Part shown: piece after piece, positions 29,701 to 38,954 of the stretch
Layout of the letters: each line of letters starts with the position of its first letter
How positions within the stretch are numbered: the first letter of the stretch is position 1
Source: an uncultured Desulfobacterales bacterium
GTDB lineage: Bacteria > Desulfobacterota > Desulfobacteria > Desulfobacterales > JBDRRP01
Reading direction: 5' to 3'
DNA: 64,000 nt
Assembly (NCBI GenBank): GCA_964446485.1
Contig: CAYUOU010000002.1
Span: 5,904 to 69,903, forward strand
Program-made: the position numbers and the translations under genes
Notes under the pieces: generated by a model
What the model was told of the DNA's origin: nothing
Database searches by the model: none
Seen by the model: the letters and a program-made list of their open reading frames with translations, nothing else

Positions 29701-31844
29701 GCGTAGAGCCCGGCGGGAACGACGGTCACATCCGTCCAGCCGTTCAGGGCTATATTGGCTTCCAGCAGTGCCAGGGACTCGGCATCCGGTTCGAAAGCGG
29801 TGATGCGGGCATTTGGGTATTTCTGCTTCACGTAGAGCGTGAACAGGCCGATGTGGCCGCCGCCGTCGATGACCACGGGGTCCGGCTTCACGGCGTCGAA
29901 ATCGTAGATGCCCTGAAGGAAGATGTCTTTGGCGGCCGTGTAAAACGCCAGCAGGTCGCGGCAGCGGATGGTGAGGCCGTGAAACCGCACCGCCCACCGG
30001 CCGAATCGCTCGGCCTGACCCATCGCCAGGATGTTTGCCAGATCGTTGTCGGCGATGATCGGCCGGTACCCGTCTTCGCTTCCGGCGTTCGCCGCCTCAC
30101 GAATCCGTGCCGAGCCCTCCGGATGCGTGGGTTCGATGGCCAGCACCCGCCGGGCGAAATCGGTGGCCAGGGCGTGCTTGCCCGTTGCGGCGGCGGCATC
30201 TGAAAGCAGCATGAGGGCGTCTTCGTCGTCGGGGCGGTCATCGAGAACCGCCCGGCACTGGTCAACCGCTCCGGTGGCGTCGCCCGCCCCGAAGAGAAAT
30301 GCCGCATAAGCCTTGCGGGCGGCCCCATTCGCGGGATCAGAATCACAGGCGGCCTGGTAGTGCCTTCGCGCCGCCGCGTCGTCCTGCCGCGCCTGCCGGC
30401 AGCGTGCCGCCAGCAGGTGTGCGCGGCCCCGGCATCGGTCATCGTCCAGCGACAACAGCGGCAGCACCGCTGCCAGGGCCTCGTCGAGTCGGCCCAGGGC
30501 GTGGGCATCCTCAGCGCGCCGCAGTATGGTTTCCGGTGTTTCGATGCCCCCTTCCGCTGGCGGCAGCGGGTAGCGCTCTGCAGCATGTTGGCGAATGGCG
30601 TCCTCGTAGAAATTCTCTATCCGCCGGCGGTACTGCTCCAGGCGAAGAAAATGATACAGGTAGTCGTCCGGGGAAAGTGTCTTCAGGCGCTCGGCAATGG
30701 TCAGCCGTGCGTGAATCCGCTGTTGTCGGCGGGTTTCCCGTTCATGTTCCGTCAACTGGAAGTGTCGCCTGCCGGGTATCGGTGAAAGCCGATCGATAAG
30801 ATCGGCCAAGCGTGACGTGGCTTCTCCGTCCACGAAGGGGGCATAGTTCGCCAGAGACTGGTCGGTGCATTCCCAGGGATAGTCGTCCAGGGCACCGCAC
30901 AATTCACCATAGTCTGTCACCACGGGCTCGTGGGTCATGTGATTCTTCAACCGGGTTCGGTCCCCGTCGAAATCCGGCAGGATGGACACGGTTTTCTTCC
31001 GCTGAATCCACCCCTCGATGGCAACGGTACTTTCGGTGTGCAAGACCGCGTCGGTGGATTGCAGCAGGGGAACGATATAGTCGTGGTTGTCCACCAGGAC
31101 GACGTGATCCCCGCCGTAGTGACGGTCGTAGTAGGAAGACTTGTCCCAGGGATGCCGTTTGATGAGCAAAACGCCGTTGGTTGCTTTGAGATCCTCGATC
31201 AGACGGAGGATGATCTCATGGTGCTGCCGTTTTTGTGCCATCTCACGCTGCAACCGCACCGGTATGTTGACAAACTCGAGGTTTTCCTCCGACGTCTGCC
31301 CGCCGGCCTCGTCGAAGATAAAACTGGATATGTAAAGCAGTTTTCGGGCGAACCGATCCAGGCCGTATTTTTCGCTGACATGGGCGGTTTCGAGGCTGCA
31401 GATCTCCGGGTGAACGGAGAGATCGAACCGGGGGCAGCCGATGTGGTGATACTTTTCTTTGGCCAGGATATCGGGGTGCTCCTGCACGTAACGGTTGAAA
31501 TCCTTGCTGATGACAACCTGGATTTCGATCAGTGGATAATTCCAATCGCGGAAATTGGCGCGGAAGAAATAGGGTTTTCTATCCTCGTAGCAAACGTTTT
31601 CCGTAGTGTTGAGGACGAGGTTGATGCCGCTGTCGGCGATGAAGCGGCCTACCTCGTAGGTGGTTTTCTCACCGATCTGCCCCATCACGACGGAGTCGGG
31701 GTCAAAAGCCCGGACCGCGCCGGTCGGGTCGTCCCACAACGGGTCGATCTGTGTGTCATGTCCTCGGCGCATCAGGAGTTCTTTCAGGAGCATGAGCCCC
31801 CGAAAGTCCCGGATGAAATTATCGTAGAACAGCAATATCCGCAT
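26781..31844 (-). CDS. Multidomain protein: putative nonulosonate/Kdo-type transferase, TPR, FkbM methyltransferase, sulfotransferase, methyltransferase, polysaccharide deacetylase
   Basis: IKRHP/ESTVAIEG; IDGGGHIG...FEP...KLNIEGAE; WRSGTHW, RAPHDVVAS, YEDL, RKGIVGDW; RVLEIG...YWRFT; LLYHRV, TVDDGY, GAHTVSH, FSYPFG. Confidence 0.85.
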   Translation of the reverse strand: MRILLFYDNFIRDFRGLMLLKELLMRRGHDTQIDPLWDDPTGAVRAFDPDSVVMGQIGEKTTYEVGRFIADSGINLVLNTTENVCYEDRKPYFFRANFRDWNYPLIEIQVVISKDFNRYVQEHPDILAKEKYHHIGCPRFDLSVHPEICSLETAHVSEKYGLDRFARKLLYISSFIFDEAGGQTSEENLEFVNIPVRLQREMAQKRQHHEIILRLIEDLKATNGVLLIKRHPWDKSSYYDRHYGGDHVVLVDNHDYIVPLLQSTDAVLHTESTVAIEGWIQRKKTVSILPDFDGDRTRLKNHMTHEPVVTDYGELCGALDDYPWECTDQSLANYAPFVDGEATSRLADLIDRLSPIPGRRHFQLTEHERETRRQQRIHARLTIAERLKTLSPDDYLYHFLRLEQYRRRIENFYEDAIRQHAAERYPLPPAEGGIETPETILRRAEDAHALGRLDEALAAVLPLLSLDDDRCRGRAHLLAARCRQARQDDAAARRHYQAACDSDPANGAARKAYAAFLFGAGDATGAVDQCRAVLDDRPDDEDALMLLSDAAAATGKHALATDFARRVLAIEPTHPEGSARIREAANAGSEDGYRPIIADNDLANILAMGQAERFGRWAVRFHGLTIRCRDLLAFYTAAKDIFLQGIYDFDAVKPDPVVIDGGGHIGLFTLYVKQKYPNARITAFEPDAESLALLEANIALNGWTDVTVVPAGLYAKDGTVQFGSDHSDGSSIFSKEADHSIPVARLGPYLASSVDFLKLNIEGAELDVLEDVADALRQVREMVIEYHGFPEIGQRLHPILSILDRSGFRYLVHDFDHQTNPATKPPFRADASTRFFLLIYARRQALPSTVDTADQDLPQIKAIGSYRDVSSAAMDNSPGGHPSSTLDPSFGGDGALDEALRPRLLIYTLWRSGTHWLSNMVADLLEMSWEYTDGADSEKEVLCTLAMNHISVRHMAETPEQVMAWADAYDFDVLFLHRAPHDVVASSVNMRKHVEGYRPDLPPFPDMAINDILKWDLSTYAHHYTGLLQDWINTDHPRLHQVAYEDLVHDCTRVMDHVARFVGASLSDERLARTIARFEFKKVSGRGRGQENKSSHYRKGIVGDWRRQFDDEGIALIERILGPSTAPASTVSGARLMPISRQFGFDRGTPIDRFYIEAFLDEHRRHITGRVLEIGDAAYTRQFGSAVTSSDVLNAAPGPGVTIVGDLTEGGGLQEGAYDCIILTQTIQCIYNVKAALSGAVRALKPGGHLLLTASGISQISRYDMDRWGEYWRFTDHSLARLLKEAAPGADIRVTAHGNVAVAKAFLDGRAQEELTQEILEVRDDDYQVVLTAIVHKTGSSTGAAVISPAGPSVLLYHRVSEDPLDPQLLAVSPKHFNDHLTHLKKHCRVVPLSVLMNVANDGQSAGDMVAITVDDGYADNLADALPIIEAHQLPVTIFVTAGGLDEPSEFWWDALEHLFFHGAMPERLDIGSDDFPRIVPTGTPAERIQAYKRLCNRFRAMTPADINRVLASVHERAGRRIEACPAHRRLSTAELRRLARSPFVEIGAHTVSHACLSALAPEEQMREIYLSKKILEEITGGPVHHFSYPFGTGGDFTGTTAAIVKLSGFSSGIANAQGRVTAPLDRYRVPRRLVRNWNGEVFAQWLSASNGSELDQIALAQRDRRLKNFMTNHIDISGGILAGDHV

Positions 31845-31880
31845 GGCCGCCTATCCTATAGTGATCGTTTTGTGGCATCC

Positions 31881-32951
31881 TTACCGCACCAGCGGGGCGT
31901 AAACCCTGGCAAAGGCTTTATGGAAGAGGTTTACCCACTCGGAGATGCCCTTGCAGGAATTCACCGTGCGGGGCACTTCGCAGCTTCGGCAGGGGTAGTC
32001 CTTTTCGTCGGTGAAGGTGAAATCCCTTTGGAGATGACATCTTCTGAACTGCCGGCAATCCTCCTGATTCCACACGGACATCATGTCGTATCCGGGGTCC
32101 CCGGCATTGCCGATGACGAAGTGCTCCTCGAAGTCGAAGGGGCACGGGGTGAGGGTGCCGTCCCACCGGGCCCCGATGAAGTACCAGGGCACCATGCAGC
32201 CGGGATGATCATCCAGCAGATTCTTTCGGCTGCGGGCAGTGTCGGCGTACCGACTGTGCCCCTGGATGGCGTACACCTCGGTGGTGAACACCCGGTCGAC
32301 GCGCGGCGTCCAGTAGGCCTTGAAGTCTTCTATTTCGTTTCGGGTGAGATCGAAGTCGCAGGCCATGACAGAGACATGACAGTTGTAGCCCCCCTTATCG
32401 ATGGTCTCCAGCAGACTATGAATGTTGGCCATCACGGTAGCGAATGTGTCCCGACGGCTAATGATGCGGTGGGTTTCTTCGGTGTGTGCATTCAGAGAGA
32501 CTTGAAGTTTCTTTACTCCGGCATCCAGAAGGCCTCTGGCCATTGACTCATCGAGCAGCACACCGTTGGTGATGATGAAGCAGGGAACGTTGTGCTGGCT
32601 GCCATAGTTGACAATATCGACGATCTGCCGGTGCAGCAGCGGCTCTCCGCGGCCGATGAGTGTGGTGGGAGGCATAAACCCGTTGGCAAAAAGATTGTCC
32701 ACGATGCGCCGCCACAAATCCATGGACATGTAGCCCGGTTTTCCCCGTTCGGATTTGGGCGCACACATGATACAATCGTGGTTACAGACGTTGGTCGGCT
32801 CCACGTAAAACTGGCTGGGAGGCACGCTTACCGTATCCCGACCCGTGAAGACGTCCTCGCGGCGGGCCATCTCAACCGCCAGGTATGCTTCCAGTCTGTC
32901 ATGAATGGTCATGTTCATGCTTTTTATCCTTTTTCTCGGTGCAGCTGTCAC
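31881..32951 (-). CDS. Radical SAM protein with SPASM/Twitch domain
   Basis: EPTNVCNHDCIMC, GRGEPLLH, TNG, C-terminal CMVPW...DGTLTPC...CRSC. Confidence 0.88.
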   Translation of the reverse strand: MTAAPRKRIKSMNMTIHDRLEAYLAVEMARREDVFTGRDTVSVPPSQFYVEPTNVCNHDCIMCAPKSERGKPGYMSMDLWRRIVDNLFANGFMPPTTLIGRGEPLLHRQIVDIVNYGSQHNVPCFIITNGVLLDESMARGLLDAGVKKLQVSLNAHTEETHRIISRRDTFATVMANIHSLLETIDKGGYNCHVSVMACDFDLTRNEIEDFKAYWTPRVDRVFTTEVYAIQGHSRYADTARSRKNLLDDHPGCMVPWYFIGARWDGTLTPCPFDFEEHFVIGNAGDPGYDMMSVWNQEDCRQFRRCHLQRDFTFTDEKDYPCRSCEVPRTVNSCKGISEWVNLFHKAFARVYAPLVR

Positions 32952-33805
32952 AAGGAAGCCATCAACGCCGCTTGCTCGCGAATGACAGTTGGGTCCAACC
33001 CGTAGCTTTCGACGATGCGCGGCACCCGATGCCGTGCGATGATACCCACCAAAGGGCAGTCAGTGGCCACCGGCAGATTCTGGTCGTTGAAACCGTCGTT
33101 GTCGCTGACGTGAAGCGCGACAAGGCGTTCTCCAAATGCGTTCAGCACGTCGTGCATGTCGGCGCCGATGGTCTGCTGGTTCACCTTGGCATGGCCGATG
33201 TCGAACAGCAGGCCAAGGTCGTTCCCGCCCACCGCCTCGAAAATGGTCGTGAGGCTCTCTACATCGGTGCCAAGGCACAACCGGTTGCCCCCGTCGACAA
33301 GCCCAAAGCCAGCGATCACGTTATTCTCCACGGCGATCTTGATCCCGTGTGCGGCGCCAAAGCGGCAAAGGTCCGACAGCCGGCGGATGAAATGATGCAT
33401 CGCTTCGTCCATTGAGATCCGCGGCAACGTCATCTGCGAGGCGTTGCCCAGGTGTGAGCCATCAGCCGAGTCGAAGGTGAAGCCGCAGTGAACGGAGTAA
33501 AATGGCGCGCCCACCGCCGCGCACAGCCTCACGGCGTCCCGGCACAAGGCCATGGTGCGAGCGCCGACATCTTCTCTTGATGTAGCCAGGTTCAACAAAA
33601 AGGGTGCAGCCGGGGGCGGAAAATAATTGTGCACCAGAAACCGGAACCCATGCCGGTGGGCCATCACCGTCTCGCGCAGACCGGGGGTTGCCGCCACGCC
33701 GGTGCTCAACTCGATATGATCGATGCCAAGAACCGATGCCTGGCTTAGAATCTGCCCCAGATGGGTCGCCCCAAAGGCGCCGGTGCTGATGTAGACCTCA
33801 GTCAT
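32948..33805 (-). CDS. Xylose isomerase-like TIM-barrel protein (sugar phosphate isomerase/epimerase)
   Basis: HNYFP, SVHCG, AVENN, FDIGH, LHVSDN metal-binding motifs. Confidence 0.8.
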   Translation of the reverse strand: MTEVYISTGAFGATHLGQILSQASVLGIDHIELSTGVAATPGLRETVMAHRHGFRFLVHNYFPPPAAPFLLNLATSREDVGARTMALCRDAVRLCAAVGAPFYSVHCGFTFDSADGSHLGNASQMTLPRISMDEAMHHFIRRLSDLCRFGAAHGIKIAVENNVIAGFGLVDGGNRLCLGTDVESLTTIFEAVGGNDLGLLFDIGHAKVNQQTIGADMHDVLNAFGERLVALHVSDNDGFNDQNLPVATDCPLVGIIARHRVPRIVESYGLDPTVIREQAALMASL

Positions 33806-34451
33806 GCCTCATCCCCTCCAGAATGTCCTTGTCGATGGCAGGACTGAACAGGGTCTTGCAATGGCGACTGGCGGAGTGCCCGGCCGGACGCCCCAGACTG
33901 AAATCCCTGACGCACTGGACGATCATGACGTCCTGGGCCTGACGATAACGCCAAAGGATGGTATCGAAATCCGCCATGCCGGTATTGGGGAAAACCGCCT
34001 GATAGAGGATCTCACCAGTATCAACACCGGCATTGACCCGGTGGACCGTTGCTCCCAGAAACCGGTCCGTCGATGAGACCCGTGTTTCCTTCCGATACAG
34101 ACCAGGATGGGCTGGGAGCAGTGAATGGTGGGCATTGATGATACGCCCGGGGTACTGATCGATTAGATCAACTGGAAGAATGAATGGGAATCCGGCGAGG
34201 AGGACCAGATCGATGGAATGACAGGCCAGAAAACCGCTCACCGCGACAAAATGCTCGTTTCTTTTGTTATTTTCAAAGCTAAGCACTTGATAATCAGCGT
34301 TGGGGATCTCCCGGTACCGCGTCAGCCCATTCGCAGCCGCTTCGGTGGCAACCATGGCCACCACCGAAGCGTCGATCAGACTCGCGTCGATGGCACGCTG
34401 CACTGCCAGGTAGTCCCCGCCGTGGGCACCGATGATAAAAGCCAGGTTCAT
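33798..34451 (-). CDS. Formyltransferase (PurN/Fmt fold), putative sugar N-formyltransferase
   Basis: LVLLAGF, IINAHHSLLP, GATVHRV..GVDTGEIL; start at MNLAF (ATGA overlap). Confidence 0.8.
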   Translation of the reverse strand: MNLAFIIGAHGGDYLAVQRAIDASLIDASVVAMVATEAAANGLTRYREIPNADYQVLSFENNKRNEHFVAVSGFLACHSIDLVLLAGFPFILPVDLIDQYPGRIINAHHSLLPAHPGLYRKETRVSSTDRFLGATVHRVNAGVDTGEILYQAVFPNTGMADFDTILWRYRQAQDVMIVQCVRDFSLGRPAGHSASRHCKTLFSPAIDKDILEGMRHD

Positions 34452-35515
34452 TGCGTCACCCGGTACTTGAGAAAGTGATTGCGGTAGCGCTCCCGAAGGT
34501 GCGGGTATCGTCGCGCCCAATCATCGCAGAGCGCGCGATAGGTCTCCGCATCATGAATGTTCTTTCCCACGCCGACTGGACGGGTTTCGTTGCCGAAACG
34601 TTGTTTGAAGGCAAACAGAGCATCGTCGGGCGCGCATCCCAGCCCGCCGCCGAAACTCAACACGGATGATGGTCCGGTAAAAGCCATCTCCACCAGGGTC
34701 GCCAGCAGCAGATCGTTGGGATAGTGTTTCTGCCAACGAGCCTCCGACCCGCTGAGGTGATAAGTGGAGTAAGGGCCGCTCTGAAACACCATGGCGGCAG
34801 CGATCACCGACTCCTCCAGCATAATATTGAGCAGCCTGGCCGTGCCGGCCATCCAGCGGGTAACCGCCGCGGTGTATGCGCTGCCGAAATGATAATAAGG
34901 GTGCATGCCGATCCGACGGGAAGTCCCGGCATACAAGCGGTTGAAAGATCCCGCGGTGGAAAGATCGGCGTCCACCTCGGCACGCAAACCGTGACCCCGC
35001 GCCTTCCTGACGTTTCGGCGGGCGCTGGCGCTGGCAATAGTGATGCCGGCGCCGTTGTCGTACCGGCGGTAAACATTCTCACGGACAGTCGTGTTATGCG
35101 CTCGCCGCAAAGGGCCCTGGGGCCCGCTGAATAGGGGGTTCTGGCGGACAAACTCGGCGATTACGCCGTTTTGCCGACACCAGTCATCCACCACCCGATT
35201 GACCCCGACCAGGCAATTGCCCGGCACTTCTGAAGCGGGCACACTGGCGATCATGCCACCGTATCCGTAGGCGCTGAAAATATCGAAAACTTTCCGGGAG
35301 CCGGTCACAGCGGGAATGGACTTTCGGAAAAAGGGGTATAAAAAATCGATCCCGCCTTTTGCCACATGCAGGCACATCGGCTCTGCCGCTTCGTGATCTG
35401 CCCACGTGCGGTAGTACGACGGGCAGTAATACACGTCCCGGCATGACGGCGGGAACCCATGGAGGATTCGGTCCCAGTCGTTCATCGTCTCATTTGTGTA
35501 CAGGATCGCGCCCAT
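34448..35515 (-). CDS. GNAT/FemAB-like acyltransferase
   Basis: DVYY, YGYGG, RRNVRKA, YHLSGS, FGGG, LFAFKQRF. Confidence 0.8.
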   Translation of the reverse strand: MGAILYTNETMNDWDRILHGFPPSCRDVYYCPSYYRTWADHEAAEPMCLHVAKGGIDFLYPFFRKSIPAVTGSRKVFDIFSAYGYGGMIASVPASEVPGNCLVGVNRVVDDWCRQNGVIAEFVRQNPLFSGPQGPLRRAHNTTVRENVYRRYDNGAGITIASASARRNVRKARGHGLRAEVDADLSTAGSFNRLYAGTSRRIGMHPYYHFGSAYTAAVTRWMAGTARLLNIMLEESVIAAAMVFQSGPYSTYHLSGSEARWQKHYPNDLLLATLVEMAFTGPSSVLSFGGGLGCAPDDALFAFKQRFGNETRPVGVGKNIHDAETYRALCDDWARRYPHLRERYRNHFLKYRVTQ

Positions 35516-35529
35516 TTTCGTCTTCGCTT

Positions 35530-36648
35530 TCAGTCGTCCGGCTGGAACATATCCCAGCGAACGAATTCATCGGCAGGAATGTCCACTGTGGTCCGACGGC
35601 CCAGCACCTCATCGATTTGGGTGGGCAGGATTCCACCCCCTGGTCGTTTGGCGGCGATGTGATGCCGCTGGAGGCGGGTCCCTTTGGGAATGGCCGTCAT
35701 GGAAAAGAGGCTTTTTCGCATGGTGGCAAGATGTTCGGCTTCGCTGACCTCGATGCGCTTGGTTCCGTCACCCAGCGCCGCCGTCACTTCCCGAACTTGG
35801 CACACCAGCTGCGACAGTTCGTCAGGCTCGATGGACGCTGCATGATCCACCCCAGGCAACTGCCGGCTCAGGGTAAAATGCTTTTCTATAATACTGGCGC
35901 CACATGCCGCAGCAGCAATGGCAACGTGAATGCCGTGGGAATGGTCGGAAAGCCCCACCGGCACACCGAATGCCCGGCGAAACGTTTTCATGACCCGCAG
36001 ATTGACCTCCCCATACGGCACCGGGTATTGGGACGTGCACTGAAGCACCGCCATCTCCCGCACGCCGGCAGCCCGAAGATAATCCACACCGTTGGCCACA
36101 TCATCGAAGCTGGAGATACCTGTGGAGTAGATCACCGGCAGCCCTGTTTCACCAATGGCCTTGAATAGCGGGTAGTTGACCGTGTCGGAAGATCCGATCT
36201 TCACCGCCGCCACTCCAACAGATACCAGTAGTTCGAGGGATGGTTCGTCCGCAGCCATGGAGAGAAAAAGGATGCCGTTATCTTCGCAGCAGGCGCGCAG
36301 TTCATTGAACTGGCGTTTGTCGAACTCCAGTCGACGGGAGAAATCGTGTTTACTGAGACCGCTGTCTCGTCCAGAGAAGTAATCCGGTTTCACAGCGTAG
36401 CGGCTCTCACAATGGGCCGTCGAAAAGGTCTGAAACTTGATGGCATCGGCGCCGGCCCTTTTGGCTGCAGCGATGAGCCGCATGGCCATTTCCAGGGAAC
36501 CGTTGTGGTTGATCCCCGCCTCGGCGACGATCAGCGGTGGCGATTGCGGCGACACCGTCCGTCCCCCGATGGAGATGGCTTCGGCGTTTTCGCCAGCCAG
36601 CGACGTAGAAACTGGGAGGCGTGTCTCGGAGATCGATAGGATTGTCAT
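35530..36648 (-). CDS. neuB: Nonulosonic acid (NeuB-family) synthase with C-terminal SAF domain
   Basis: IVAEAGINHNG, KFQ, KIGS, STG, QCTSQYP, GLSDH, IEKHFT, RKS, KRPGGG. Confidence 0.92.
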   Translation of the reverse strand: MTILSISETRLPVSTSLAGENAEAISIGGRTVSPQSPPLIVAEAGINHNGSLEMAMRLIAAAKRAGADAIKFQTFSTAHCESRYAVKPDYFSGRDSGLSKHDFSRRLEFDKRQFNELRACCEDNGILFLSMAADEPSLELLVSVGVAAVKIGSSDTVNYPLFKAIGETGLPVIYSTGISSFDDVANGVDYLRAAGVREMAVLQCTSQYPVPYGEVNLRVMKTFRRAFGVPVGLSDHSHGIHVAIAAAACGASIIEKHFTLSRQLPGVDHAASIEPDELSQLVCQVREVTAALGDGTKRIEVSEAEHLATMRKSLFSMTAIPKGTRLQRHHIAAKRPGGGILPTQIDEVLGRRTTVDIPADEFVRWDMFQPDD

Positions 36649-37367
36649 GACGCCCCCAGGGTTGCCATTTGGCCTGCCACGAGAAACTCGCAAAAGGTGA
36701 AGTCGAAGGGCGTGTCGATGTCGACGGAAACAGATTCATCCACTTCAATGGTACCGATGCGCGAACCGTACAGCATCGGATCTTTAGCGATAATGTTTGG
36801 CCGCAGCACATCGACGACCCCATTGACGCGATAGCACGGCGGCAGGGACTGACGTCCAATGCAGCGGCTTTCGTCAAGGCCGTCGATAAACGGTGCCAAT
36901 CGGCCATCGACCAAGCGGTGCGTCCAGTAGGGGTGATGAACCCCTTCCACGCGGGTTATGGTTCTCACGCCCGAGTATTCGACATTGCTTTCCAGGGTAT
37001 CGACGCACTTGTCGATGATGCCGGGGGTCTTAAACGGCGTCGTCGGCCTCAAGTAAACAAGGGCCGACGCCTGAATGCCTTCCGTCGCCATCAACCAATC
37101 GAGGAGATGACGGATGACCGGACCGTCGGATGTCCGATCCTGCGCCAGTTCAGTCGGGCGCATGAAGGGGACCTCGGCCCCGGCTTCCCGGGCAACGGCT
37201 GCGATTTGTGCGCTGTCGGTGGAGACGAAGACGCGATCAAGACGCCGACTCTCCAACGCAGCCTCGATGGTCCAGCAAATCAAGGGTTTGCCCCCCAACG
37301 GTTTGATGTTCTTTCCCGGAACCCCCTTGGAGCCGCCGCGGGCCGGTATCAGTCCAATCAAAGTCAC
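36645..37367 (-). CDS. neuA: Acylneuraminate (CMP-nonulosonate) cytidylyltransferase
   Basis: IPARGGSKGVPGKN, VSTD, LRPTTP, RQ, DIDT. Confidence 0.92.
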   Translation of the reverse strand: MTLIGLIPARGGSKGVPGKNIKPLGGKPLICWTIEAALESRRLDRVFVSTDSAQIAAVAREAGAEVPFMRPTELAQDRTSDGPVIRHLLDWLMATEGIQASALVYLRPTTPFKTPGIIDKCVDTLESNVEYSGVRTITRVEGVHHPYWTHRLVDGRLAPFIDGLDESRCIGRQSLPPCYRVNGVVDVLRPNIIAKDPMLYGSRIGTIEVDESVSVDIDTPFDFTFCEFLVAGQMATLGAS

Positions 37368-37370
37368 GGG

Positions 37371-38906
37371 TCATGCTCCCACGGCTGTTTGCAGCCGTTC
37401 CAGCGGTTGCAGGTGAATAAGAATGTCGATCAGGGTGTCGGTGATTCGGTCGTAGACGTCTGTCTTCAGACAAGGGGACGTTGGGAGATTTACCCCACGG
37501 GCGGACACGGCGTGGGCCTGCTGGGTAAATCTGGGCGCCATGCCCTGATAGGGCGGCATGTCGCTGAGCGGGTAGAAAAACGGGCGAACATCGATTCTGC
37601 AGGTGCCGGCCGCCTGGATAAAGCCGTCCCGATCGATCCCGGCGTCCAGCAGATAAGACACCAGCCATGTCACGCTGCGAGTGCCCCTCCGCTGGATGGC
37701 TGCTGAAACGATGGGCAGGCAGCCCAAGGTCCGATCATAGTATTGCCGAAGTCGGCGCCGGCTATTCAGCAGGTGATCGATCTTTTCGAGTTGGGCGACC
37801 CCGATGGCAGCCTGCAAATTGGTCATGCGATAATTGAAGCCCACCGTGTCGTGCCAATACTTGCGCGTTGTTGACATGCCGTGGTCGCGGAGGGTCCGCA
37901 TGCGGCGGGCTAATGCATCGTCGGTACACACGCACATCCCCCCCTCCCCTGTCGTCATGATTTTATTCGCGAAGAATGAAAAGCAGCCCACATGGCCAAA
38001 GGCACCCGCTTTGCGATGACCGATGGTGGCGCCCAAGGCCTCTGCGCAGTCTTCGACCACCGCGAGGTCATGACGTCTGGCGATGGCCATAATGGCAGCC
38101 ATGTCTGCCGGCTGACCGTATAAGTGGACCGGGATGACGGCACGGGTTCTGGGGGTGATATTGGCTTCGATTTCTGCGGGGTCGATGCACCAGTTGTCGG
38201 GATCGATATCCACCAGCACCGGCGTGGCACCAGCATGGATCACAGCGTTGGCCGTGGCGGCGAAAGTCAGATCAGGAACGATCACCTCATCGCCGGGGCC
38301 CACGCCCAGAGCTTCTATCGCCAGGTGCAGCGCGGCGGTACCGTTGGTCACCGCGACCCCGTGGTCCGTACCGCAGTAACCGGCGAATTGCCTTTCCAGA
38401 TCGCTAACGTAGCGGCCCTGGGAGGAGATCCAGTTGGACTCGATGCAGTCCACGAGATACGCCAGTTCATTGCCCTGGAATACTGGAGACGCCACCGGTG
38501 CGTGAAAGGCAGACTTGTACTCGAAAAAGTCCACCACACGATCCTGCTCGTCCAGCAATGGAATGACCCGGATGCGTCTGTCCACCAATGTGAGCAATTT
38601 GTCGACGGGTGTGCCCAGTGGCGCGGAGATGGATTTTCTAATCAGCTTGTTTTTGACGTCTTCGCGATTGCTCAGGGCTAGGATCTGTCCGAAAAGCCGT
38701 GAATTGCGGTCCAGGATATCGGTGGCCGGAGTCTCCAGGGAGCACTTGGCCAGGATGGCACGACGGATGTCCCCGTCGGTGATAGTGCCGACGAACCGGC
38801 CCTCGTCATCCACGGCAAACACAATGCCTTTACCGTTTTGGTTGATGATATCCAAAACGCGGTAAAGACTAGCTGTCTGGTAGCAAACGAGTCTGCAGAT
38901 ATCCAT
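37371..38906 (-). CDS. CBS-pair + DegT/DnrJ (perosamine synthase-like) sugar aminotransferase fusion
   Basis: N-terminal GTITDGDIRRAIL; then NGTAALH, EDCAEALG, SFFANKIMTTGEGG, GFNYRM. Confidence 0.9.
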   Translation of the reverse strand: MDICRLVCYQTASLYRVLDIINQNGKGIVFAVDDEGRFVGTITDGDIRRAILAKCSLETPATDILDRNSRLFGQILALSNREDVKNKLIRKSISAPLGTPVDKLLTLVDRRIRVIPLLDEQDRVVDFFEYKSAFHAPVASPVFQGNELAYLVDCIESNWISSQGRYVSDLERQFAGYCGTDHGVAVTNGTAALHLAIEALGVGPGDEVIVPDLTFAATANAVIHAGATPVLVDIDPDNWCIDPAEIEANITPRTRAVIPVHLYGQPADMAAIMAIARRHDLAVVEDCAEALGATIGHRKAGAFGHVGCFSFFANKIMTTGEGGMCVCTDDALARRMRTLRDHGMSTTRKYWHDTVGFNYRMTNLQAAIGVAQLEKIDHLLNSRRRLRQYYDRTLGCLPIVSAAIQRRGTRSVTWLVSYLLDAGIDRDGFIQAAGTCRIDVRPFFYPLSDMPPYQGMAPRFTQQAHAVSARGVNLPTSPCLKTDVYDRITDTLIDILIHLQPLERLQTAVGA

Positions 38907-38954
38907 GGCACGATGTCCGGTAATGTTCTCGCCCTTTTACAGAAAGGGAGAATT

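Noticed and set aside
33798-34451. Housekeeping purN
   Set aside because: Lacks the N-terminal SG.GSN loop and is coupled within a sugar operon
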